DNA of 64,000 bases from Anaeromyxobacteraceae bacterium. Lineage in GTDB: Bacteria > Myxococcota > Myxococcia > Myxococcales > Anaeromyxobacteraceae. The notes under the pieces were generated by a model. That model saw only the letters and a program-made list of their open reading frames with translations, was not told the origin of the DNA and made no database searches. Positions 41,838-49,492 of this stretch are shown piece after piece. A program made the translations under genes and the position numbers. The DNA is taken from contig JASGHJ010000001.1 in the NCBI GenBank assembly GCA_047602405.1, positions 2,144,001-2,208,000 of the forward strand, in the 5' to 3' direction. Every line of letters starts with the position of its first letter. Positions within the stretch are counted from its first letter, which is position 1.

Positions 41838-43715
41838 ATGGTGGGTGCAGTCGCGCTCTTCGCGCTCTTGGCGGCGGCGACCCCGAAGGTCGCCGTCCTC
41901 GACATCGAGATCGGGCAGGGCGTCGAGATCCAGGACCGGGCCGTCCTCACGGACGCGCTCGCGAGCGCGCTCCACGATCCGGAGGCGTTCAACCTCATCG
42001 CGACGCGCGACGTCACCGCGCTCCTCGGGCTGCAGTACCAGAAGCAGCTCCTCGGCAACCCGAACGACACCGGCAACGTCGCCCAGGTCGCGCAGAACCT
42101 CGGCACGGACGGCGCGATCGCCACCTCGGTCGGCAAGGTCGGCGACGGCCTCGTCGTGTCGGCCCGCCTGATCGAGACGAAGAGCGCGAACGTGCTCGCG
42201 CGCTCGACGGTCCCGGTCCCCGGCAAGGACATCCTCGCCGCCCTGCGCCGGGTCGGGTACGAGATCCGCAGGGAGTTCCGTGCGGCGAACGGCCTCGCGG
42301 CGCCGCCGGAGCCGGAGCCGCTCGCGGCGGGCGCGGCCTCCGCGCCCGAGGTGAAGCCGCCCGAGCAGTGCACCACCGTCACCGACTGCGATCTCGGCTG
42401 CCGCCAGTCGAGCGCGCTCGCGTGCGTGAAGCTCGGCACGATGCTGGCCGAGGGCCCGCCGAGGGATCCGGGCCGCGCGGCCCCCGCGTTCGAGCGTGCC
42501 TGCGAGCTCGGCGAGACCGCGCAGTGCGCGCCCGCCGCCGACGCGTACCTCACCGTCGGGCTCTCGACGCCGGCCGTGCGCCTCCTGCAGCGCGCCTGCC
42601 TCTCCGGCGAGGTGGAGGGGCCGAAGTCCTGCGCCCGCGCCGCCGAGATCCTCTGGGAGGGCAAGGGGCTCCTGCGCGACGCCACGAGCGCGGTGGCGCT
42701 CGCGAAGCGCGCCTGCGACGCGAACAACGGCCTCGGCTGCGTGATCATGGGCTACGCGCTCGTGAAGGGCGAGGGCGGCGTCCAGAAGGACCGCAAGAAG
42801 GCCGCCGAGCTCATCTCCGGCGCGTGCGCGAAGGGCGACGAGACCGCCTGCCTCGGCATGGGCGACATCGCGAAGGAGGCGAAGCCCGGCGAGGTCACGA
42901 AGGAGCAGCTCGCGCCGCTCGGGCCCGCCTGCGAGAAGGGGCTCCTCGCGGTCTGCGTGCCCGGCGCGGAGGCGGCGCAGCGGTTCGAGGACCCGGAGCT
43001 CGCGCTCAAGCTCTACAGGCACGCGTGCATGAACGACGCGCCCGACGCGGCGAAGGCGTGCGACGTGGGCGGCAACCTGTGGGTGGCGAAGGGCGGGGAT
43101 GCGGCGCCCGTCGGCGCCGAGCTCCAGCGGAAGGCCTGCACCCTCGGCAACAACGACGCCTGCGTGCGCGCGGCGATCTCCGAGTCGTTCCTCGCGACCG
43201 CGCAGCTCCCGCGCATCAAGGACCTGCTCCTCAAGGGCTGCAGCGCCGGCCCCATCCTGCAGGACTGCTTCAACACCGGCCTCGCGCTCGTCACCGGCCG
43301 CGGCAGCCTCAAGGATCCGAAGGTCGCGCTCGCCGTCTTCGAGAAGGCCTGCGCCGGCGGCCACGGCCCCTCCTGCCGCTCGGCGGCGACCTCCTACCGC
43401 GTCGGCACCACCGTCGCGAAGGACGTGGAGCGGTCCGCCGACTTCACCGAGCTCGCCTGCAAGAACGGCCAGTTCCCCGAGTGCATCCCGCTCGCGCAGT
43501 CGTTCGAGGACGGGCGCAGCGTGAAGAAGAACGAGAAGCGCGCCGTGGCCGTGCTCGACATGGCCTGCACCGGCGGCTTCGGCCCGGCGTGCAAGGAGCT
43601 CGCGGACCGCTACCAGGTCGGCAAGAACGTCTCCGAGGACGACAAGCGCTACCGCGAGTACAAGCGGAAGGCGTGCGACGCTGCCACCTCCGTGAAGGAG
43701 ATGTGCAAGCCGTAG
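41838..43715 (+). CDS. secreted Cys-rich Sel1-like repeat protein with N-terminal CsgG/TolB-N-like domain
   Basis: Signal peptide, KVAVLD...SVGKVGDGLVVSARLI; many KAC..G...C..L repeats. Confidence 0.8.
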   Translation: MVGAVALFALLAAATPKVAVLDIEIGQGVEIQDRAVLTDALASALHDPEAFNLIATRDVTALLGLQYQKQLLGNPNDTGNVAQVAQNLGTDGAIATSVGKVGDGLVVSARLIETKSANVLARSTVPVPGKDILAALRRVGYEIRREFRAANGLAAPPEPEPLAAGAASAPEVKPPEQCTTVTDCDLGCRQSSALACVKLGTMLAEGPPRDPGRAAPAFERACELGETAQCAPAADAYLTVGLSTPAVRLLQRACLSGEVEGPKSCARAAEILWEGKGLLRDATSAVALAKRACDANNGLGCVIMGYALVKGEGGVQKDRKKAAELISGACAKGDETACLGMGDIAKEAKPGEVTKEQLAPLGPACEKGLLAVCVPGAEAAQRFEDPELALKLYRHACMNDAPDAAKACDVGGNLWVAKGGDAAPVGAELQRKACTLGNNDACVRAAISESFLATAQLPRIKDLLLKGCSAGPILQDCFNTGLALVTGRGSLKDPKVALAVFEKACAGGHGPSCRSAATSYRVGTTVAKDVERSADFTELACKNGQFPECIPLAQSFEDGRSVKKNEKRAVAVLDMACTGGFGPACKELADRYQVGKNVSEDDKRYREYKRKACDAATSVKEMCKP

Positions 43716-43756
43716 CCGTCGCGGGTCGCTCCAGCGACCTGCGACGCCCGTAGGTC

Positions 43757-44107
43757 CTACCGGCCCCCCAGCCTCTCTGCGCAGACCCGCACGAGCACCG
43801 GGTGCGCCCCCGCCACCGGCGTCCCCAGCTCGATCGCCCCCAGCAATTCCCTCACCCTCGCCCTTTCTCCGGCGCCGACCTCCGCCGCCGTCCGCCCCGC
43901 GGGCCGCGAGAGCTCGAGCGCCTCCGAGAGCGCGCGCAGCCGCTCCCGCCGCGCCGCCCCCACGAGCCACCTCGCCTCCTCCGCGGCCCCCTGCGCCCCC
44001 GCAGCGAGCCGCGAGACGAGCGCGCCCGCCCGCTCCGGCGCGAAGAGCGCCGCGAGCGCGCAGAGCCGCCGGACGCTGCTCGAAGGCGGGTGCGCCGGGG
44101 CGCTCAC
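43757..44107 (-). CDS. hypothetical protein downstream of sctJ (SctK position)
   Basis: GTG coupled to the sctJ stop; Ala/Arg-rich. Confidence 0.5.
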   Translation of the reverse strand: MSAPAHPPSSSVRRLCALAALFAPERAGALVSRLAAGAQGAAEEARWLVGAARRERLRALSEALELSRPAGRTAAEVGAGERARVRELLGAIELGTPVAGAHPVLVRVCAERLGGR

Positions 44108-44817
44108 CGCGCACCTCCCCGGAGCCGCCCGAGGAGCCCAGCCCCCGCGAGCCCGATCGCGCCCGTGCCCGCGAGCGCCGCGAGCCCGAGGAGGAGCGCG
44201 TTGCCGCGGCGCCCGGCCGGTTCCGGCGGCGGCCCGGGCGCCGCGCCCGGCGCGATGACCACCGCGACCGCGCCGGGATCGAGCCCGTCGGCGGCCCCCG
44301 CCACGAGCGCGCGGAGCCCGCCCTCGAGCGCCCGCACCGCGTCGCAGGCGGCCGGCCGGCACTTCACGAGCACCGAGGCGCGCGGCGGCGGCGCGTCGCC
44401 GGGCCGCAGCGGGTCGGCCCGGGCGAGGCCCAGGTGCACCCGGGCCTCCAGCACGCCGTCGACGCTCTCGATCGAGCGCGCGAGCTCTCCCGCGAGCGCG
44501 TGCGCGTAGCGGGCCTGCTCCTCGAGCGGCGTGGGGACCATCGAGCCCTTCGCGAAGACCTCCTCCACGCCGGGGGGCCGGGTGCGCGGCAGCGCCCGCT
44601 CGGCGAGCACGCGGTGCGCGCGCGCGGCCTCCGCCGCCGGCACCGCCACCGAGAACGTGGCGTCCTGGCCCTCGGCGCGGAGCTTCTCGGCGGGGACGCC
44701 GGCCTCCCCGAGGGCCACGAGGACCTCGTTCGCCGCCCGCTCGTCGAGGCCGGTGAGGAGCCCGGTGCTCGACGAGCAGGCGGTGAGAACGAGGAGGATG
44801 AGGGGCGGGGCGCGCAT
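44104..44817 (-). CDS. sctJ: T3SS inner-membrane ring lipoprotein SctJ (YscJ/FliF family)
   Basis: Lipobox LTAC, LLTGLDERAANE, VPTPLEE, GEL.RSI..VDGVLEARVHL, ASVLVK, C-terminal TM. Confidence 0.9.
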   Translation of the reverse strand: MRAPPLILLVLTACSSSTGLLTGLDERAANEVLVALGEAGVPAEKLRAEGQDATFSVAVPAAEAARAHRVLAERALPRTRPPGVEEVFAKGSMVPTPLEEQARYAHALAGELARSIESVDGVLEARVHLGLARADPLRPGDAPPPRASVLVKCRPAACDAVRALEGGLRALVAGAADGLDPGAVAVVIAPGAAPGPPPEPAGRRGNALLLGLAALAGTGAIGLAGAGLLGRLRGGAR

Positions 44818-44825
44818 GCCGACCC

Positions 44826-45173
44826 TCACAGCTGCGTGTTGAGCGCGTGCTTCACCGACTGCGCCCCCTGCTCGACGAGCTTGCCCGCGAGGTCCACCAC
44901 CTGCACCGCGCGGTAGGCCTCGGCCTGCAGGGCGAGGAGCTCGCGCGCCGTGAAGGTCCGGCCGGAGCGCGCGGCCGCGAGCACGCCGTCGAGCCGCGCC
45001 TGCGCTGCGGCGACCGCGTCGAGCCCCTGGCGCGCGGCCGCGGGAAGAGTGCCCGCGCGGGCGGCGGGGCCCGCGCCGCGCGCCTCGAGCGCGGCCTGGA
45101 AGGAGGCGCGCGGGCCCGGCACGGGCGCAGGGCCGACGGGGCGCGCGACGGCGGTGAGCGGGGCGAGCGGCAT
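44826..45173 (-). CDS. putative T3SS inner rod (SctI-like)
   Basis: ELLALQ...VDLAGKLVEQGAQSVKHAL C-terminus; immediately upstream of sctJ. Confidence 0.55.
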   Translation of the reverse strand: MPLAPLTAVARPVGPAPVPGPRASFQAALEARGAGPAARAGTLPAAARQGLDAVAAAQARLDGVLAAARSGRTFTARELLALQAEAYRAVQVVDLAGKLVEQGAQSVKHALNTQL

Positions 45174-45180
45174 GGGGCAC

Positions 45181-45663
45181 CTAGTGAATGTTGGAGATCG
45201 CACCCTTCGCGGTGTCGTGCTTCACCTTCATCACGTTCGAGAGCGCCGAGAACTCGCGGCTCTCCCGCTGTAGCGACTCCTGGAGCTGCAGGTACTGCAG
45301 GTTGTACGTGCGGGCCTCCGCCTGCAGCTGGCGGGTCGCGCTGAGGAGGTCGTCCTCCGTACCGCCTCCGGCGCCCGGCGCCGGCGACGCCCCCAGCGCG
45401 CCGCCCGCGTGGCCGGTGAGCCCGCCCCCGCGCGGCGCGGCGGCACCGTTCAGCGCGCCGCGGACGGCGCCGGAGAGCACGGTGCCCCCGGGCACGAGCG
45501 GCGCCACGGCCTCGACGCCCGCGACGACGCCGCGGGCGAGCCCGTCGGCGGCGCCGCGGAGCGCCGCCTCGAAGCGCCCGGGCTCGGTCTGGCGCTCGGT
45601 GGTGCTCGCGACGTGGATGGTCTCGACCTGCGGCGGGGGCTGCGGCCCATCGATCCGGTTCAT
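45181..45663 (-). CDS. putative T3SS needle/filament-like protein
   Basis: C-terminus YLQLQ...SALSNVMKVKHDTAKGAISNI resembles SctF-type termini; GGAG RBS. Confidence 0.5.
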   Translation of the reverse strand: MNRIDGPQPPPQVETIHVASTTERQTEPGRFEAALRGAADGLARGVVAGVEAVAPLVPGGTVLSGAVRGALNGAAAPRGGGLTGHAGGALGASPAPGAGGGTEDDLLSATRQLQAEARTYNLQYLQLQESLQRESREFSALSNVMKVKHDTAKGAISNIH

Positions 45664-45702
45664 GCGGGTCTCCTTGGCGCGGCGTGCGCAAGGGGCTCCA
45701 TC

Positions 45703-45717
45703 GCAAGCGACGTGCCG
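45703..45717 (-). promoter_or_regulatory. sigma-54 promoter of the needle-rod-sctJ operon
   Basis: Minus strand CGGCAC-GTCGC-TTGC, 40 nt upstream of ATG 45663. Confidence 0.7.
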
Positions 45718-45818
45718 CCCGCAATTCCGCGGAAAGACACGCGCGACGGTGGCCGCGCCGGTCCGCGGCACGGCCGGACGGTCCGCGGCGCGGACCCGGG
45801 CCGGTCAGGGAGGCAGCG

Positions 45819-46265
45819 ATGGGGACGAGGTCGAAGAGGAAGAGGAGCGCGGCGCGCGCGCGGCTGGACGCGCGCAGCCTGGTGACGCTCGAGGTGGTCT
45901 GCGACGGCCCCGCGCGCGGCTGGGTCCACACGCACGGGCTCGCCGCGCTCGGCCACCCGGAGCTCGAGATCCGCGGCGTGCCGATGTTCCTCGGCCACGC
46001 CGCGGCGCAGGTGCTCGGCGACCTCGTCGACTACCTCGTGAACGACGCGACGCACCCCCTGCTCGCGGGCCAGAACGTCGGCCTCGCGCGGGCGTCGTTC
46101 CAGGTGGTCGAGGGGCACCCCGACGAGGCGGCGGGCTACGACGCGTACCACTACGTCGACCCGCGGCTCACGCTCGTCGACCTGCCCCCGCACCCGCTCG
46201 ACTGCGACGAATGCGTGGCCGAGGCGGCGGCGCGCGAGGCGGCCCGCTCGGGACTGCCGAGCTGA
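45819..46265 (+). CDS. hypothetical protein (WVHTHGL..GHPELE motif)
   Basis: GGAGG RBS; coding-like codon usage. Confidence 0.65.
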   Translation: MGTRSKRKRSAARARLDARSLVTLEVVCDGPARGWVHTHGLAALGHPELEIRGVPMFLGHAAAQVLGDLVDYLVNDATHPLLAGQNVGLARASFQVVEGHPDEAAGYDAYHYVDPRLTLVDLPPHPLDCDECVAEAAAREAARSGLPS

Positions 46266-46291
46266 GGCGCCGTGTTACCCTGCCGGCCCAG

Positions 46292-47632
46292 GTGATCGCG
46301 ACCGCCCCCGAGACCGCGTCGTACCTGCACCGCCTCTCGGAGGCGATCCTGCACGCGCAGCGGCCCATCCGCGTGCTGCGCTCCATCAACTGGGGCCCGC
46401 GCGTGCACGACCGCTTCTTCAAGGCCGGCGCGCGCGAGCTGCCACGGCCAGAGTACGCGCCGCTCGGCTTCGACCCGAAGGCGAAGACCCGGGAGCTCCG
46501 GGCGCTGCGCCGGACGATCCGGGGCAAGAACCCGGTCGAGGAGCTCCTCCGGAGGAAGTGCGACGAGTTCGTGCTCGTGGCGGAGCTCCTCGCCGCCCGC
46601 GGCACGCGCCGCTTCTACGAGCTCAGCCGGAAGATCTACGGCGACCCGCGCGATCGCTTCCCGGACCACCACGTCGACAACCTCGCCATCGCGCGCCTGT
46701 GGGCCTCCCGCCCGCGGGCGCGCGACGAGGAGCAGACGCTCTCCGCCGATCAGGCGGCGCGCGAGGTCGCCCGGATCTGCAAGCCGTTCCTCGGCCGCGA
46801 TCTCAAGGTGATCGTCACGAACCGCCTCACCGCGAACGCGGCGGCGGGCGCCACCCGCGTCTCGCTCCGGAAGGGCGCGCGCTTCAGCGAGCGGCAGGCC
46901 CGCGCGCTCGCCCACCACGAGGGGCTCTGGCACGTGCTGACGAGCGTGAACGGCCTGCGCCAGCCGGTGCTCACCGTGCTCGGGGTGGGGCTGCCGCGTC
47001 ACCTCGAGTCGCAGGAGGGCGCCGGCATCCTCGCCGAGTACCTCACCGGCAACATCACCGACGAGCGCTACATCGAGCTCGGCGAGCGGACCATCGCCAT
47101 CGACATGGCGGCCCGCGGGGCCGACTTCCTCGAGGTGTACCGCTACCTCCTCGCCCGGTTCCCCCCGCCCAAGGCGGCGCTCATGAGCGAGCGGGTGTTC
47201 CGCGGCGGCGTCGTGACCGGCGGGGCGCCGTTCACGAAGGACGCCGCCTACCAGCGCGGCTACTGCAGGACCTTCAACTTCCTGCGCACCGCGCTCGACC
47301 AGCGCGACGTCGAGCTCGTGCGGGCGTTCCTCGCCGGCAAGATGAGCGTCGACGACGCCGCGCTCGTGCGCGACCTCGTGGAGGACGGGCTGTGCGTCGG
47401 CCCGGTGCACCTGCCGGAGTGGTTCGTCGACATCGACCGGCTGAACGCGGTCACCACCCACAGCGTCACGATGAACCGCTTCAGCGTGCCGAACGTCACC
47501 CGCTACTACGCCGCCCGGCACGAGCGGCGGAGGGCCCTGGCCGGCCGCACGCCGACCCCGGTGCCCGCCGAGCCCGACTCGGAGGAGCGCGAGCCGGCGG
47601 CGGGCGCCGACGAGGGCGACCTCGGCGAGTGA
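46292..47632 (+). CDS. DUF1704/QEGLA-motif metallocarboxypeptidase-like protein
   Basis: HHEGLWHVLT, QEGAG, RVFRGG...FTKDAAY; start approximate. Confidence 0.8.
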   Translation: MIATAPETASYLHRLSEAILHAQRPIRVLRSINWGPRVHDRFFKAGARELPRPEYAPLGFDPKAKTRELRALRRTIRGKNPVEELLRRKCDEFVLVAELLAARGTRRFYELSRKIYGDPRDRFPDHHVDNLAIARLWASRPRARDEEQTLSADQAAREVARICKPFLGRDLKVIVTNRLTANAAAGATRVSLRKGARFSERQARALAHHEGLWHVLTSVNGLRQPVLTVLGVGLPRHLESQEGAGILAEYLTGNITDERYIELGERTIAIDMAARGADFLEVYRYLLARFPPPKAALMSERVFRGGVVTGGAPFTKDAAYQRGYCRTFNFLRTALDQRDVELVRAFLAGKMSVDDAALVRDLVEDGLCVGPVHLPEWFVDIDRLNAVTTHSVTMNRFSVPNVTRYYAARHERRRALAGRTPTPVPAEPDSEEREPAAGADEGDLGE

Positions 47633-47707
47633 GGCGGGTCGACCCTCCGTCGAGATATGCGGGGAGCCGGTTGAACCGGGCCGGGCGGGTCGACTAGGTT
47701 GGCCTCG

Positions 47708-48421
47708 ATGAAGCGGAACATGGTCCGGATCGACGAGGCGCTGTGCAACGGCTGCGGGGACTGCCTCGCGTCCTGCCACGAGGGCGCGCTCGCGCTCGTC
47801 GACGGCAAGGCCCGGCTCGTGGGCGACGTCTACTGCGACGGGCTCGGGGCGTGCCTCCCGAAGTGTCCGACCGGCGCCATCACCGTCGAGGAGCGGGAGG
47901 CCGCCGCGTTCGACGCGGCCGCGGTCGAGGCCCGCAAGCGCGCCGGCCGCTCGCGGCTGCGCGTCCTCGGCGCGCCGCCCTCCGCGGGCCCCGAGACCAC
48001 CGGCTGCCCGGGGTCCGCGACCCGCACGCTCTCGCCGGGCGGCTCGAAGCTCGGCCACTGGCCGGTCCAGCTCCGGCTCGTGCCGTCCACGGCGGGGTTC
48101 CTCGCCGGCGCGGACCTCGTCGTGTGCGCCGACTGCGTCCCGTTCGCCGTGCCGGACTTCCACGCCCGCTACCTCGACGGCCGCGCGGTCGTCGTCGCCT
48201 GCCCGAAGCTCGACGACGGCGCCGACATGGAGGCCCGCCTCGCCTCGCTCGTCGCGAGCGCCCGCCCGCGACGCATGACCGTGGTCCGGATGGAGGTCCC
48301 CTGCTGCGCCGGCATCGCGAACGCCGCCATCCGCGCGGCCGAGGCCGACGGGGCCGACTTCCCCATCGAGGACCACGTCGCCGGCATCGGCGGCGGGATC
48401 GCGCTGCGGAAGCTCCGCTGA
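47708..48421 (+). CDS. 4Fe-4S ferredoxin-domain protein
   Basis: CNGCGDC..CHEGA, CDGLGAC..CP, WPVQL, CADC, CPKLD, MEVPCC. Confidence 0.9.
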   Translation: MKRNMVRIDEALCNGCGDCLASCHEGALALVDGKARLVGDVYCDGLGACLPKCPTGAITVEEREAAAFDAAAVEARKRAGRSRLRVLGAPPSAGPETTGCPGSATRTLSPGGSKLGHWPVQLRLVPSTAGFLAGADLVVCADCVPFAVPDFHARYLDGRAVVVACPKLDDGADMEARLASLVASARPRRMTVVRMEVPCCAGIANAAIRAAEADGADFPIEDHVAGIGGGIALRKLR

Positions 48422-48469
48422 GCCGGGCCGCCGCCCGGTGAATCGCGGGGTTGGCGCCGCCGTGTGACA

Positions 48470-48487
48470 CCGTCGCAGAACCGTCAC
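48470..48487 (+). promoter_or_regulatory. putative pho box
   Basis: CCGTCGCAGAA-CCGTCAC, an 11-bp periodic direct repeat upstream of pstS. Confidence 0.45.
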
Positions 48488-48552
48488 CCGGCCGCCACGG
48501 GCTCGACCCGCGGCCGTCGCATGCTGCCTCCATGAGAGAAGGAGGCACGCAC

Positions 48553-49386
48553 ATGACGCGATTCCTCGGGGTGGCGACGGCGCTGCTCCTCCCGCTCGCG
48601 GCGAGCGCCCAGGGCCTCACCGTGAAGGGCTCCGACACGATGGTGATCCTCGCCCAGCGGTGGGCCGAGGCCTACATGAAGGTGAAGCCGGGCGCGCGCG
48701 TCCAGGTGACGGGCGGCGGCTCCGGCGTCGGCATCGCCGCGCTCGTCAACGGCACGACCGACGTCGCGAACGCCTCCCGCCCGCTCAAGGACGCGGAGAA
48801 GAAGCAGGTGCAGGGGAAGTACGGCGTCCCGGCGGTCGAGACGCCGGTGGCGAAGGACGGCGTCGCGTTCTACGTCCACGCCTCGAACCCGGTGCAGACG
48901 CTCACCATCGCCCAGCTGAAGGGGATCTACGCGGGCGACATCAAGAACTGGAAGGAGGTCGGCGGGAAGGACGCGCCGATCGGCCTCTACTCGCGCGAGA
49001 ACTCGTCCGGCACCTACGCCTACGTGAAGGACGAGGTGCTCGGGAAGGGCGTCGACTTCGCGGCGAACGCGCAGACCCTGCCCGGCACGGCGGCGGTCGT
49101 GAACGCGGTCGCGAAGGCGCCGGACGGCATCGGCTACGGCGGCGCGGCGTACGCGAAGGGCGTGCGGGAGCTCCGCGTGGCGGCGAAGGCCGGGGAGGCG
49201 GGCGAGCTCCCCACGAAGGCGAACGTGCTCTCCGGGAAGTACCCGCTCTCGCGCGACCTCCTCATGGTCACCCGCGGCGCGCCCGCGGGCGCGGCGAAGG
49301 CGTTCATGGACTGGGCGCTCACGAAGGAGGGGCAGGCGATCGTGGAGACGGTGGGCTACTACCCTGTGTTGCACGGGGTGCCGTAG
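48553..49386 (+). CDS. pstS: phosphate ABC transporter substrate-binding protein
   Basis: KGSDTM, TGGGSGVG, NASR, SRENSSGT, YPLSR. Confidence 0.92.
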   Translation: MTRFLGVATALLLPLAASAQGLTVKGSDTMVILAQRWAEAYMKVKPGARVQVTGGGSGVGIAALVNGTTDVANASRPLKDAEKKQVQGKYGVPAVETPVAKDGVAFYVHASNPVQTLTIAQLKGIYAGDIKNWKEVGGKDAPIGLYSRENSSGTYAYVKDEVLGKGVDFAANAQTLPGTAAVVNAVAKAPDGIGYGGAAYAKGVRELRVAAKAGEAGELPTKANVLSGKYPLSRDLLMVTRGAPAGAAKAFMDWALTKEGQAIVETVGYYPVLHGVP

Positions 49387-49389
49387 GCA

Positions 49390-49470
49390 CCCCTCCCCAT
49401 GCGCAGAGCGCATGGGGCCCCTCCCCTGGATCAGCTCCGCCCCTGCCGCAGCCTTCGGCGCGGCAGGGGC
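49390..49470. repeat. hairpin repeats between the convergent pstS and M13 genes
   Basis: CCCCATGCGC-aga-GCGCATGGGG then CCCCTCCCC; GCCCCTGCCGC...GCGGCAGGGGC. Resembles copies A and B. Confidence 0.55.
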
Positions 49471-49492
49471 TTCGCTGGGTTCGGCTCGGCCG

